DNA of 64,000 bases from an uncultured Gammaproteobacteria bacterium (GTDB lineage: Bacteria; Pseudomonadota; Gammaproteobacteria; Magnimaribacterales; D2472): contig CAZJJG010000001.1 of the NCBI GenBank assembly GCA_964546275.1, forward strand, positions 9,319 to 73,318, written 5' to 3'. Under the pieces are notes generated by a model. It searched no databases and was not told where the DNA came from. It was given only the letters and a program-made list of their open reading frames with translations. This document shows, one piece after another, positions 29,915 to 39,777 of this stretch (the first letter of the stretch is position 1; each line of letters starts with the position of its first letter). Both the position numbers and the translations under genes were made by a program.

Positions 29915-31432
29915 ATGAAGATGTTACAGATTTTATCAAAAATGTTTCTTGGCAGTTCACCTACTTGGTACAAGTTTACCATAATAGTATTTCTAGCTAT
30001 GAATCCCCTACTGCTTCTTTTATTAAATACGCTTGGTATGAATGGCCCATTTATTATTGGATGGATATTGCTACTTGAATTTATATTTACGCTTGCTTTG
30101 GCACTAAAATGTTACCCGCTTCAACCAGGCGGTCTTCTTGCTATTCAGGCAATAGCATTAGGCCTAACAACTACAGAATCTGTATTCCATGAAATAAGTA
30201 ATAACCTAGAAGTCATTCTTCTTTTAGTATTTATGGTAGCTGGTATATATTTTATGAAAAATTTAATGCTAATGATTTTTACTAAGCTTTTGCTTAATGT
30301 GAAATCTAAAATTAAATTATCACTTCTATTTTTAATATCAGCTGCATTTCTTTCAGCATTTTTAGATGCTTTAACTGTTACTGCTGTTCTTATATCTGTA
30401 GCAATAGGCTTTTATAGAATTTTTCATACAGTTAGTTCAAATAAGAATTTTCAAGATACAGGCCATAACTTTAATGATGACGAAAGTTTAACAATTGAAT
30501 CAAAAGCTGAACTAGAAGAATTTAAAGGCTTCTTAAGAGATTTAATTATGCATGGTGCTGTTGGAACAGCTCTTGGCGGCGTTTGTACTATTGTTGGTGA
30601 GCCACAAAATCTTTTAATAGCAGGAATAGTTGGATGGAACTTTATTGAATTCTTTATAGCTATGGCTCCTGTAACAATGCCAGTTTTTATAACAGGTCTA
30701 TTTACATGTTATCTCGTTGAACGTTTTAAGATTGCAGGTTTTGGTAATCAAGCCTCAGATTCTATAAGAGCAGTATTTTCTGACTATGACGTCTTTGAGT
30801 CTTCCCAGCAAACAGACATTCATAAAGCTGAGCTTTGGGTTGAATTTACAGTCTTAATATTTTTAATTATAGCGCTAGCTCTTCACTTAGCAGCTGTTGG
30901 TGTTGTTGGGCTTGCTGTAATAATTCTTTTAACTTCATTCAAAGGTATTACGGATGAACATAAATTAGGAGAAGCTTTCCAGGAAGCTCTTCCATTTACA
31001 GCTTTGTTGGCTGTTTTCTTTGCAATTGTAAGTGTCATTCATGATCAGCATTTATTTTCACCAATTATTCATTATGTTCTTGCTCAAGATCCATCAATTC
31101 AGCCATCTGTATTTTTTATGGCTAATGGGATACTTTCTGCTATCAGCGATAATGTTTTTGTTGCAACGATTTATATCAATGAAATTAATCAAGCTTACTT
31201 AGCTAATACGATTAATAGAGAGCAATTTGAGCTTCTTGCTGTTGCAGTTAATACAGGTACAAATATACCTAGTATTGCTACACCAAACGGACAAGCAGCA
31301 TTTCTGTTTTTACTAACCTCTTCTCTTGCTCCATTAATCAATCTTTCATATTTTAAGATGGTTAAAATGGCTCTTCCCTACACTATAATTCTTACTATTG
31401 TTGGACTTTACTCAATAACTTATCTTTTATAA
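29915..31432 (+). CDS. nhaB: Na+/H+ antiporter NhaB
   Basis: The N-terminus '[23 protein letters not shown]...[23 protein letters not shown]' closely parallels enterobacterial NhaB. 505 aa, polytopic. Confidence 0.85.
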   Translation: MKMLQILSKMFLGSSPTWYKFTIIVFLAMNPLLLLLLNTLGMNGPFIIGWILLLEFIFTLALALKCYPLQPGGLLAIQAIALGLTTTESVFHEISNNLEVILLLVFMVAGIYFMKNLMLMIFTKLLLNVKSKIKLSLLFLISAAFLSAFLDALTVTAVLISVAIGFYRIFHTVSSNKNFQDTGHNFNDDESLTIESKAELEEFKGFLRDLIMHGAVGTALGGVCTIVGEPQNLLIAGIVGWNFIEFFIAMAPVTMPVFITGLFTCYLVERFKIAGFGNQASDSIRAVFSDYDVFESSQQTDIHKAELWVEFTVLIFLIIALALHLAAVGVVGLAVIILLTSFKGITDEHKLGEAFQEALPFTALLAVFFAIVSVIHDQHLFSPIIHYVLAQDPSIQPSVFFMANGILSAISDNVFVATIYINEINQAYLANTINREQFELLAVAVNTGTNIPSIATPNGQAAFLFLLTSSLAPLINLSYFKMVKMALPYTIILTIVGLYSITYLL

Positions 31433-31435
31433 ATT

Positions 31436-32392
31436 ATGAGTTCTCATAAAGTTTGTGTAGCTCCGATGATGCAATATACAGACATGCATGATCGCTACCT
31501 ATTAAGGTTAATATCAAAGAATATATATCTATATACCGAAATGATTTCTACTGGATCTATAATATTTGGTAATTGTTTAGATCAATTTAACTTTAATAAT
31601 GAAGAGCATCCTGTTGCTGTTCAACTAGGTGGATCAAATCCAGCGCATTTAGCTCAGTGTTCAAGAATTGCAGAAAGTTATGGTTACGATGAAATTAATC
31701 TCAATGTCGGATGTCCCTCTGAAAGAGTTCAAAAAGGTAGGTTTGGAGCCTGCTTAATGCTTGAACCAGAATTAGTTGCCGAATGTGTGCATGAGATGTC
31801 AAAAAATGTAAATGTTCCTATTACTGTGAAATGCAGACTTGGTATTGATGACAGAGATGACTTTGAATTTTTGGATAACTTTGTAACAACTGTTAAAGGT
31901 GCTGGCGTTGAAACCTTTATTGTTCATGCTCGTAATGGACTATTAAAAGGTCTTAGTCCTAGGCAAAACAGAACAGTGCCACCTTTAAAATACGACTATG
32001 TATATAAACTTAAATCTAAATATAAAGATCTTAATATAATTATTAATGGCGGGATTACTGATCTACAACAAACCGAAGAACATTTACAACACGTTGATGG
32101 AGTTATGATTGGGAGAGCTTCCTACGATAATCCTTTTATGATGTCAGGAGTAGATTCATTGTTTTTTAATATGGATGAATCAGATAACACTAAATTATCG
32201 GTTCTAAATGAGTATTTAGATTATGTTACTTTTATGACTCAACAAGGTCATGATCTTTCAAGGATGCTTAAGCATCTGTTTGGATTATCGAAAGGAGATA
32301 TCAAAGCAAAGACATTTAGACGTAAAGTGCATCAAGCAATCTTAGATAACGATATTGAAAAATCTAGAGCAGAATTAGTAGAATTAATTTAA
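31436..32392 (+). CDS. dusA: tRNA-dihydrouridine synthase A
   Basis: 'VAPMM..TD...R.L.R', 'INLN.GCPS.RVQ.GRFGACLM', 'VKCR.G' and 'FIVHAR'. Confidence 0.85.
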   Translation: MSSHKVCVAPMMQYTDMHDRYLLRLISKNIYLYTEMISTGSIIFGNCLDQFNFNNEEHPVAVQLGGSNPAHLAQCSRIAESYGYDEINLNVGCPSERVQKGRFGACLMLEPELVAECVHEMSKNVNVPITVKCRLGIDDRDDFEFLDNFVTTVKGAGVETFIVHARNGLLKGLSPRQNRTVPPLKYDYVYKLKSKYKDLNIIINGGITDLQQTEEHLQHVDGVMIGRASYDNPFMMSGVDSLFFNMDESDNTKLSVLNEYLDYVTFMTQQGHDLSRMLKHLFGLSKGDIKAKTFRRKVHQAILDNDIEKSRAELVELI

Positions 32393-33096
32393 TCTTCGAT
32401 TAAGAAATCATCTATATCATCAAGAAAATCATCTTTATCACTTAATCCATTTGAAATCTCATAATCTCGTGATTGTGCATATGCATCTTTTACAAAAGTG
32501 TATCTATCACCAGTAATAATGGCTTCAAAATCTAAATAGCGCTCTCTTGTTTCAAGAGCATCTAATGCGGTTAAAGCTAACTTAACATCTGTATCAGTCA
32601 TAGCAAAAGTGCCAGATAAAAATGATGAAATAGGTCTACTCATTAGATCTCTAACATTACTCGGACCTATTATAGGCAACATGATGTAAGGTCCATCTGG
32701 AATACCCCAAACTCCAAGAGTTTGACCAAAATCTTCATCATGCATTTGCAAACCCATCTCTGTTGCAACATCAAATAAACCAAATAACCCAATAGTTGAA
32801 TTTATAGTGAATCGTCCAAAATCATTTAATGCTAATTTAGGCTCACCTTGGAGAATTTGATTAATAAAAGTATCAATCTCAGCAAGGTTTTTAAAAAATC
32901 TAGTAATTCTATTTTGAACAAAAACAGGTGTTATATCTCCATAAAATATAGCAGCAGGTTTAGCTACTTTATTATCAAGAGTGTCATTAATATTAAAAGT
33001 AATTCTATTAATATCTTCAAAAGGATCCTTAACCTCTTCAGCATGGGCTTCGCTGAAACTAAGTAAAACAATAGCTATAAGAATAAGTTTATGCAT
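32389..33096 (-). CDS. mlaA: MlaA/VacJ-family outer-membrane lipoprotein
   Basis: 'DPFEDINRITFNINDTLD', 'GRFTINSTIGLFGLFDVA' and 'DFGQTLGVWG...GPYIMLPI.GPSN.RD'. Confidence 0.8.
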   Translation of the reverse strand: MHKLILIAIVLLSFSEAHAEEVKDPFEDINRITFNINDTLDNKVAKPAAIFYGDITPVFVQNRITRFFKNLAEIDTFINQILQGEPKLALNDFGRFTINSTIGLFGLFDVATEMGLQMHDEDFGQTLGVWGIPDGPYIMLPIIGPSNVRDLMSRPISSFLSGTFAMTDTDVKLALTALDALETRERYLDFEAIITGDRYTFVKDAYAQSRDYEISNGLSDKDDFLDDIDDFLIED

Positions 33097-33781
33097 TAAT
33101 AATATTTGTTAGAAAAAATTTAATCTCATCGCTTAAATTTTGAGTGTTAGTAATAGACATATTATAGATGTTTTCATCAAAAGGTATTTGGGTAATTCTT
33201 TCAATATTTTTATCTAAAAATATATCTTCAGTTGCTATAGATGGAAAGTTCATATTTTCAATAAATCCTAATATTGGAACATTTAGTTTATTAAATGTAT
33301 GAATTGATTTAATAGTATCGTTTATAGCTAATCTATTTGGTGTCGTAACTAATATTACTCCGTCAAGATCTAGCTCACCTGCAACAGTTAAATAAGCATC
33401 TCCGGTTCCAGGTGGCATATCAACGATTAGCAGATCAAGATTCCCCCAATCCGTTGAATGAATAAGCTGCTTAATTGCTCCACTTAACATTGGACCTCTC
33501 CAGACAGCTGCCTTGTCATCATCTAGGATGGAACCCATTGAAGCTATCTTAATATTATTAGAAACTAATGGTTTAAGGTATTTTTTAGAATCTTTTTGAA
33601 CTATTTCAGGTTTTAGGTTATCAATATTAAAAATAATATGTTGATTTGGTCCATATATATCAGCATCTAAAATACCAATATTAAAGTCATTGGACAGCGA
33701 CAATGCTGATAAGGCTGTGATGGTTGACTTACCTACCCCGCCTTTTGCTGATGCAATTGCTATTATTTTTTTAATGTTCAT
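33089..33781 (-). CDS. apbC: Fe-S cluster carrier ATPase ApbC/Mrp, short form
   Basis: 'IAIASAKGGVGKST', 'DADIYGP', 'DMPPGTGD'. Divergent from metG, as in E. coli. Confidence 0.8.
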   Translation of the reverse strand: MNIKKIIAIASAKGGVGKSTITALSALSLSNDFNIGILDADIYGPNQHIIFNIDNLKPEIVQKDSKKYLKPLVSNNIKIASMGSILDDDKAAVWRGPMLSGAIKQLIHSTDWGNLDLLIVDMPPGTGDAYLTVAGELDLDGVILVTTPNRLAINDTIKSIHTFNKLNVPILGFIENMNFPSIATEDIFLDKNIERITQIPFDENIYNMSITNTQNLSDEIKFFLTNIINA

Positions 33782-33879
33782 TGAATATTGTTTTAACTAA
33801 TTGAATTATAATATATTTAAGATAATCATTAACTAGGTATATCATCAACAAGCCAAGAAAAATTATAGTTACTCATGCT

Positions 33880-35820
33880 TTGCCTTATGCAAATGCACCT
33901 CTTCATCTTGGTCATATTCTTGAATCTGTTCAAACTGATATTTGGGTTAGGTTTCAAAACCAAATTGGTAATGAGTGTTTATTCTTTTGTGCAGATGATA
34001 CTCATGGAACTCCTGTAATGCTTAAAGCGAAAGAGCTTGGTATTAGCCCAGAACAGTTAGTTAAAGAAGTTCAAGCAGACCATTTATCTACATATAAGGC
34101 TTATGACATAGATTTTACAAACTATCATTCAACACATTCTGAAGAAAATAAAGAATATTCTGAAATGATTTATAAGAGTGCAAAAGAATCTAATCTAATA
34201 ATTAAAAAATCTGTTAATCAGTATTTTGATAATGATGAGGGCATGTTCTTATCTGATAGGTTTATTAAAGGCACTTGTCCAAAATGTTCTTCTGAAAATC
34301 AGTATGGAGATGGTTGCGAAGATTGTGGAGCATCATATGAACCTAGAGATTTAATTAATCCAATTTCAACTTTATCAAATTCAGAACCGGTTCTAAAGGA
34401 TAGTGAGCATATATTTTTTAACTTACCCGAAAAAAAAGACATGTTAGAGGCTTTCTTAAATAATTCTAATATACAAACATCAGTAAAGAATAAATTAAAT
34501 GAATGGATGGGCGATCTTAGGCCTTGGGATATTTCAAGAGATGCGCCCTACTTCGGCTTTCCAATCCCTGATGAAAAAGATAAATTCTTTTATGTTTGGT
34601 TAGATGCTCCAATTGGCTACATAGCTTCAATTGCAAATTGGGCTACGAAAGAAGGTAAGGATATAAATAACTATTGGTCAAAAAATTCAGAATATGAAAT
34701 TGTTCATTTTATTGGTAAGGATGTATTTTACTTCCATTGCTTATTTTGGCCAGCCATATTAGATAGTTCAAATTTTAAAGTACCAGACTCAGTGTTTGTT
34801 CATGGATTTCTTACCATCAATGGTGAAAAGATGTCTAAATCAAAAGGAACTGGAATTAAAACAGAAGATTTTGCAAAGCATTGTGATCCAGAGAAATTAA
34901 GATATTATTTGGCTTCGAAGCTTAATGATAAGGTTGAAGATATTGATCTTAATATATCTGATATATCTCAAAGAATTAATTCAGACATAGTTGGTAAGTA
35001 TTTAAATATTGCGAGCAGATCTTCAACTTTTATTAATAAAAATGATGGAATGCTCTCACCTCTTATAGACAATGATTTAATTGATGTCATAACTGGCAAT
35101 GCTAGCAATATTAAAGATCACTTTGAGTCACGTCAATTCTCCAAAGCAGTTAGATTAATAATGGAAATGGCAGATATTACTAATAAATATATTAATGATA
35201 AAACTCCATGGAAGATGGAAAATGATGATGCTGTTCTGGTAGCCACAACAGCAATTAATGCTTTTAGAATTATCTCTATATACCTAAGCCCGATTTTACC
35301 TAAATTAACATCAGAGGCTTTTAAGACACTTGGTTTGGATATTCAGAGCTATAAAGACTTAGATAGTAATTTAGTTGGAAAAAAATTAGAAAAGTATGTT
35401 CCATTAATGACCAGAATGGAGCCGTTAGAGCTTGAACAATTTAATGAAGGAGATGAGAAGATGAAGGGTGAAGAGGATACTAATGTAATGAATATTATAA
35501 ATATAAATCAATTTGCAGATATTGATCTAAGAGTAGCTAAAGTAATTGAAGCTGAAGATATAGAAGAAGCGGATAAGCTTATAAAGTTAACCTTGAGTGT
35601 TGGTGATTATGGAACTAAAACAGTATTTGCTGGTATTAAAAGTGCCTATAAGAAAGAGGCTTTGTTAAATAGGATGGTCATACTTGTGCATAATTTAGCG
35701 CCTAGAAAAATGAAGTTTGGTTTATCTGAAGGTATGGTGCTTGCATCTTCTAATGATGAGGGTGGAATATTTCTTATATCCCCAGATGAGGGAGCAGTTG
35801 AGGGTCAAAGAGTAAAATGA
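33880..35820 (+). CDS. metG: Methionyl-tRNA synthetase with a C-terminal tRNA-binding (Trbp111-like) domain; the true start is probably upstream of 33880
   Basis: 'PYANAPLHLGH' (HIGH), zinc knuckles 'CPKC...CEDCG' and 'KMSKS'. The in-frame codons 33841-33879 encode 'IINKPKKIIVTHA', the conserved first beta-strand, but contain no ATG/GTG/TTG. Confidence 0.9.
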   Translation: MPYANAPLHLGHILESVQTDIWVRFQNQIGNECLFFCADDTHGTPVMLKAKELGISPEQLVKEVQADHLSTYKAYDIDFTNYHSTHSEENKEYSEMIYKSAKESNLIIKKSVNQYFDNDEGMFLSDRFIKGTCPKCSSENQYGDGCEDCGASYEPRDLINPISTLSNSEPVLKDSEHIFFNLPEKKDMLEAFLNNSNIQTSVKNKLNEWMGDLRPWDISRDAPYFGFPIPDEKDKFFYVWLDAPIGYIASIANWATKEGKDINNYWSKNSEYEIVHFIGKDVFYFHCLFWPAILDSSNFKVPDSVFVHGFLTINGEKMSKSKGTGIKTEDFAKHCDPEKLRYYLASKLNDKVEDIDLNISDISQRINSDIVGKYLNIASRSSTFINKNDGMLSPLIDNDLIDVITGNASNIKDHFESRQFSKAVRLIMEMADITNKYINDKTPWKMENDDAVLVATTAINAFRIISIYLSPILPKLTSEAFKTLGLDIQSYKDLDSNLVGKKLEKYVPLMTRMEPLELEQFNEGDEKMKGEEDTNVMNIININQFADIDLRVAKVIEAEDIEEADKLIKLTLSVGDYGTKTVFAGIKSAYKKEALLNRMVILVHNLAPRKMKFGLSEGMVLASSNDEGGIFLISPDEGAVEGQRVK

Positions 35821-36857
35821 AAGAAGTTGATATAGTAGTAATTGGTGCTGGACCTGTTGGATTATTTACAGTGTTTGAGGCAGGGCTTCTTGGATTAAGT
35901 TGCGTGTTAATAGATAACTTAGATAAACCAGGTGGTCAGTGTGCTGAACTCTATCCAGAAAAGCCAATATATGACATCCCAGGCGTACCATTTCAGACTG
36001 CTCAAGAGCATGTAGATGCATTGCTTGAGCAAATAAAACCATTTGATTATGAATTACTTTTAAATCAAAGAGTTAATGAGCTAAAAATTAATAGCAATGA
36101 TGATGGAATTAATACTTGGAATGTTGTGACTTCAGAAAATGAATCTTTTACAACTAAGAATGTATTTATTGCAGCAGGAGCTGGCTCATTTGAGCCTAGA
36201 AAACCTCCAAATATTGAAGACCCTGATAGATTTGTGGGTTCAGGTGTCACATACGCAGTTAGATCTAAAGATCTTTATAAGAATAAGAATATTATTATTT
36301 TTGGCGGTGGTGATTCTGCATTGGATTGGAGTGTAGAACTAGCATCAATAGCGAAATCAGTAAGTTTAGTTCATAGACGAGATGATTTTAGGGGCGCGCC
36401 TCATACAGAAGCATTAATGAGAGAGTTGGTAAGTGATAATAAAATAAATTTACTAACACCTTATGTTATTGATTCAATTATTGGTGATGATGTAGTTTCT
36501 GGTGTGAATTTAAAAAACTTTGATACTGGTGAAATTGCTGATTTTGAAGCTGATGAGCTTTTATTTTTATTTGGATTAAATAAAAAACTAGGCCCAATAG
36601 TAGATTGGAATATTGATCTAAATGGTAAAAAAATTCCAGTAGACACAGCTACATACTCTACAAATTTAGATGGAGTTTTTGCTGTTGGAGATATTAATCA
36701 TTATGAGGGCAAGCTTGATCTAATACTTTGTGGGTTTCATGAAACAACCATAGCGGTTCAAGAAGCTTATAGAAGAATAAATCCTGGTAAAAGAGTTCCA
36801 TTTGGTTATACAACCTCAAATGCTAAATTACAGGCCAAACTTGGCGTAAGCTCTTAA
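35817..36857 (+). CDS. Thioredoxin-reductase-like ferredoxin-NADP+ reductase (YumC type)
   Basis: 'VIGAGPVGLF', 'PGGQCAELYPEKPIYDIPG', 'GGGDSALDW', and no CxxC redox pair. ATGA overlap with the metG stop. Confidence 0.75.
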   Translation: MKEVDIVVIGAGPVGLFTVFEAGLLGLSCVLIDNLDKPGGQCAELYPEKPIYDIPGVPFQTAQEHVDALLEQIKPFDYELLLNQRVNELKINSNDDGINTWNVVTSENESFTTKNVFIAAGAGSFEPRKPPNIEDPDRFVGSGVTYAVRSKDLYKNKNIIIFGGGDSALDWSVELASIAKSVSLVHRRDDFRGAPHTEALMRELVSDNKINLLTPYVIDSIIGDDVVSGVNLKNFDTGEIADFEADELLFLFGLNKKLGPIVDWNIDLNGKKIPVDTATYSTNLDGVFAVGDINHYEGKLDLILCGFHETTIAVQEAYRRINPGKRVPFGYTTSNAKLQAKLGVSS

Positions 36858-36861
36858 GAAA

Positions 36862-37536
36862 TTGAATCTAATTGATTTAATACATGATGAACTGCCGCAG
36901 ATTCAATGCGGCCGATGTGATACTCCAGGATGTTATCAATATGCTGAACAAATAGCATCAGGAGTAAGTCATGATAGATGTGTTCCTGGTGGTAAGGATA
37001 CTTTAAATAAGCTTAATAAAATTTTAGCTAAAGATATAACATCTGTTGATATGGCTTATGGTCCATCAATACCTCTACAGGTTGCATTTATAGATGAATC
37101 TGAATGTATTGGTTGCAAGAAATGTATTACTGCATGTCCTGTAGATGCCATATCTGGCTCTGTAAACCTAATGCACAACGTTATTAATGATCTCTGTACT
37201 GGTTGTGAGCTTTGTATTGAGCCCTGCCCGGTTGACTGTATCGATCTAATAGAAACATCTCAAACGGAAAGTAGAATAAACTCACAAATCAATTTTAATA
37301 CGACTTCTTTAATTAGAACTAATGAATCTAAAAAGAAACGAATAGATGAGGCATCAAAATTCAATCATGAGTTGGGAATTGAAATAAACATTAAATTAAA
37401 AAATAGAAATAAAGATACAGAAAAAAATCTTAAAGATCTTCAGCATAAAATCTTAAAAGATCAGTTAGATAATTTTCATAATTTTAATGATAATGATAAA
37501 GATGTATTTATTAACAATCTCCCTAAAGAGGAATAA
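36862..37536 (+). CDS. Soluble RnfB/RsxB-like Fe-S ferredoxin (no membrane anchor) with a K/N-rich tail
   Basis: 'LPQIQCGRCDTPGCYQYAEQI...RCVPGG', then 2x[4Fe-4S] 'CIGCKKCITACPVDAI' and 'CTGCELCIEPCPVDCI'. It aligns to RsxB minus its N-terminal TM helix. TTG start. Confidence 0.65.
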   Translation: MNLIDLIHDELPQIQCGRCDTPGCYQYAEQIASGVSHDRCVPGGKDTLNKLNKILAKDITSVDMAYGPSIPLQVAFIDESECIGCKKCITACPVDAISGSVNLMHNVINDLCTGCELCIEPCPVDCIDLIETSQTESRINSQINFNTTSLIRTNESKKKRIDEASKFNHELGIEINIKLKNRNKDTEKNLKDLQHKILKDQLDNFHNFNDNDKDVFINNLPKEE

Positions 37537-37539
37537 AGG

Positions 37540-38133
37540 ATGATAAAAGAGAGGTTTCGTAAATACTTACCAGTAGTAGTTGATCTTGAAACAGGTGGGT
37601 TTGATAGTAAAACAAATGCAATTCTTGAAATTGCTGCAACTTTAGTTGCTGAGAATAATGATACCGGCTTGTTAGAAGTGGGTGAAACGTATAGATATCA
37701 TATTGAACCATATGAGGGATTGGTTGTAGAAGCTGAATCCTTGGAATTTACTAAAATTAACCTTGATCACCCTTTGCGTAATGCTGTTAGTGAAAAAGAT
37801 GCATTAGATGACCTCTTTAAAATTATTAACAAACATAGAACAGAAAATGGTTGCTCAAGAGCAATATTAGTTGGTCATAATGCCCACTTTGATCATGCAT
37901 TTTTAACAGAGTCAATTAAAAGAAACAATAACAAGAAATCACCATTTCATCCTTTTTCTGTCTTAGACACTGTTACCCTTGGTGCACTTCATACCAAGCA
38001 AACAGTCTTAGCCCGTATTTGTGATGTTTTAGATGTAGAGTATGATTCGAAGCTAGCTCATTCAGCAGCCTATGATTCTGATGTTACGGCTAAAGTCTTT
38101 TGTAAGATTATCAATGATTTTGATTCTAGGTAA
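37540..38133 (+). CDS. rnt: Ribonuclease T
   Basis: 'YLPVVVDLETGGFDSKTNAILEIAA', 'ILVGHNAHFDHAFL', 'NPFHPF' and 'AHSAAYDSDVTAKVFCKI', which closely parallels E. coli Rnt. Confidence 0.85.
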   Translation: MIKERFRKYLPVVVDLETGGFDSKTNAILEIAATLVAENNDTGLLEVGETYRYHIEPYEGLVVEAESLEFTKINLDHPLRNAVSEKDALDDLFKIINKHRTENGCSRAILVGHNAHFDHAFLTESIKRNNNKKSPFHPFSVLDTVTLGALHTKQTVLARICDVLDVEYDSKLAHSAAYDSDVTAKVFCKIINDFDSR

Positions 38134-38136
38134 ATG

Positions 38137-38172
38137 GAAATGATTATCAAAAGTAGAATGATTATCATTATT
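38137..38172 (+). promoter_or_regulatory. Two tandem Fur-box-like sites upstream of the ferritin-like gene
   Basis: The core aatgattatca is repeated at 38139-38149 and 38157-38167. The 19-mer tagaatgattatcattatt (38154-38172) matches 15/19 of the classical GATAATGATAATCATTATC. Confidence 0.45.
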
Positions 38173-38253
38173 TAAATACCTTAAATCAATGCTTTACATT
38201 AGTAATATATTCAAATATATTGGCTAAATATTCACATCAAATAAAGGAAAATA

Positions 38254-38694
38254 ATGGAAATGAAAGAGCTTAATTCGGTTAATGTTTGCAATATACTTAA
38301 TGAAATTATGGAATACGAGCTGGCAGGAGTTGTTAGATATACTCACTCTGCACTCATGGTTAGTGGTCCCTATAGAATACCAATAGTTACTTTCCTCAAA
38401 GAACAAGCTACCGAATCATTACTTCACGCTCAACAAGCTGGTGAACTAATTGTAGGATTAGACGGTCATCCTAGTCAGAAGATTGCTCGTATTGAAGAAA
38501 CTAATAGACACTCTATAAGAGATATACTTGAAGAAGGTTTGATGCATGAGTTACATGCGTTAAGTTTGTACAAAAAACTTCTTTCAAGTGTTGATAATGC
38601 ATCTGTCTATCTTGAGGAGTATGCGAGAGGAATGATAGGCGAAGAAGAGCAACACTCTCTTGAGCTAAAAGCAATGTTAAAGGATTTTAGTTAA
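38254..38694 (+). CDS. Ferritin-like (bacterioferritin/Dps superfamily) four-helix-bundle protein
   Basis: The helix pattern and spacing parallel Bfr: 'LNEIMEYELAG', 'ESLLHAQQAGELIVGLDGHP', 'LMHELHA', 'GEEEQHSLELKAML'. The first ExxH motif is not canonical. Confidence 0.55.
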   Translation: MEMKELNSVNVCNILNEIMEYELAGVVRYTHSALMVSGPYRIPIVTFLKEQATESLLHAQQAGELIVGLDGHPSQKIARIEETNRHSIRDILEEGLMHELHALSLYKKLLSSVDNASVYLEEYARGMIGEEEQHSLELKAMLKDFS

Positions 38695-38706
38695 ATAGAT
38701 TTAATC

Positions 38707-39015
38707 TTAAACTTCTTGAATAAGCTTGAGGAGCTCACCAGATTCATGCATTTCACTAACGATATCTGCACCCCCTACTAACTCACCCTTTATAAAAACC
38801 TGAGGGAAAGTTGGCCAATCTGAAACACTTGGTAAAGTAGATCTTATTTCTGGATTCTCTAAAATATCAACATAGGAGAATTCAGCCTCGCAAGTAATAA
38901 GAGCTTGGACAGTCTTAGCAGAAAAACCACATCTAGGCTCATAAGGAGTTCCCTTCATATATATAAGAACAGTATTAGCTGCTATTTGCTCTTTTAATTT
39001 TTCTTCAATACTCAT
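38707..39015 (-). CDS. grxD: Monothiol glutaredoxin (Grx4 family)
   Basis: 'LIYMKGTPYEPRCGFS' and 'WPTFPQVFIKGELVGGADI'. Confidence 0.9.
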   Translation of the reverse strand: MSIEEKLKEQIAANTVLIYMKGTPYEPRCGFSAKTVQALITCEAEFSYVDILENPEIRSTLPSVSDWPTFPQVFIKGELVGGADIVSEMHESGELLKLIQEV

Positions 39016-39767
39016 ATTTGCCCCTTTGTGATGTTTATATATCTATTTATAGTGTCTCTAAAGCCATATTTCAAGGAGTCTACTATAATTGCATGGCCTA
39101 TTGATACCTCATCTATTAAACCTAGAGATCTTAAAGGTGGCAAGTTGTCTAAATTTAAATCATGTCCAGCATTAACCCTAAGATTTGAGTCCTTACAATA
39201 AATAATAATATCTTTGTATGTATTAATTAGATCTGAATTAGAGATACTCTTATCTGCGAAGCTTCGAGCATATGCTTCTGTATAAATTTCTACACAATTA
39301 GCTGATAAACTTTGAGCGTAATCTATAGACTTTTTGTCTGGATCAACAAATAAACTCACTCGTTCAGAATTATCTTTTAAATTTTTTATTACTTTTTCTA
39401 GTTCATGATCATGATCGCCAGTCTCCCAACCGTGATCTGAAGTTATTTGATCAAGAGCATCTGGAACAAGCGTCGCTTGAGTTGGCTGGACAATCTTTAC
39501 CAATTCTTCGAACCCAAGATAGTCACCAACCTTTAGTTCAAATGGATTACCTTCAATATTAAATTCAGCTCCTTGAGCCATAACTAGCTTACCAAGATTA
39601 ATAACATCATTTGATGTAGCATGACGGTGATCTGGTCTTGGGTGCAGTGTGATGCCCTCTGCTCCTTCTTCTAATGCTTGTAATGCAAATGTCTCGAGAT
39701 TTGGATAATCTGTTCCCCTAGAGTTTCTTAAAAGAGCAATTTTATTTAAATTTACGCTTAGTATCAT
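39012..39767 (-). CDS. pdxJ: Pyridoxine 5'-phosphate synthase
   Basis: 'LSVNLNKIALLRNSRG', 'ITLHPRPDHRH', 'NIEGNP' and 'NAGHDLN'. Confidence 0.9.
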   Translation of the reverse strand: MILSVNLNKIALLRNSRGTDYPNLETFALQALEEGAEGITLHPRPDHRHATSNDVINLGKLVMAQGAEFNIEGNPFELKVGDYLGFEELVKIVQPTQATLVPDALDQITSDHGWETGDHDHELEKVIKNLKDNSERVSLFVDPDKKSIDYAQSLSANCVEIYTEAYARSFADKSISNSDLINTYKDIIIYCKDSNLRVNAGHDLNLDNLPPLRSLGLIDEVSIGHAIIVDSLKYGFRDTINRYINITKGQI

Positions 39768-39777
39768 TTTGTGAGCT

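Noticed and set aside
8279-36646. Many 60-150-aa ORFs in the track: 8279-8563, 10211-10402, 11608-11874, 14201-14605, 18252-18476, 19632-19892, 20433-20702, 21742-21960, 23695-23907, 24031-24231, 24247-24690, 24693-24896, 24912-25262, 26998-27237, 28619-28804, 32848-33066, 36065-36250, 36139-36336, 36461-36646
   Set aside because: Each is nested antisense to, or out of frame within, a gene with strong family motifs (his, fab, rne, AGCS, FNR and others). None has a recognisable domain or its own intergenic space.
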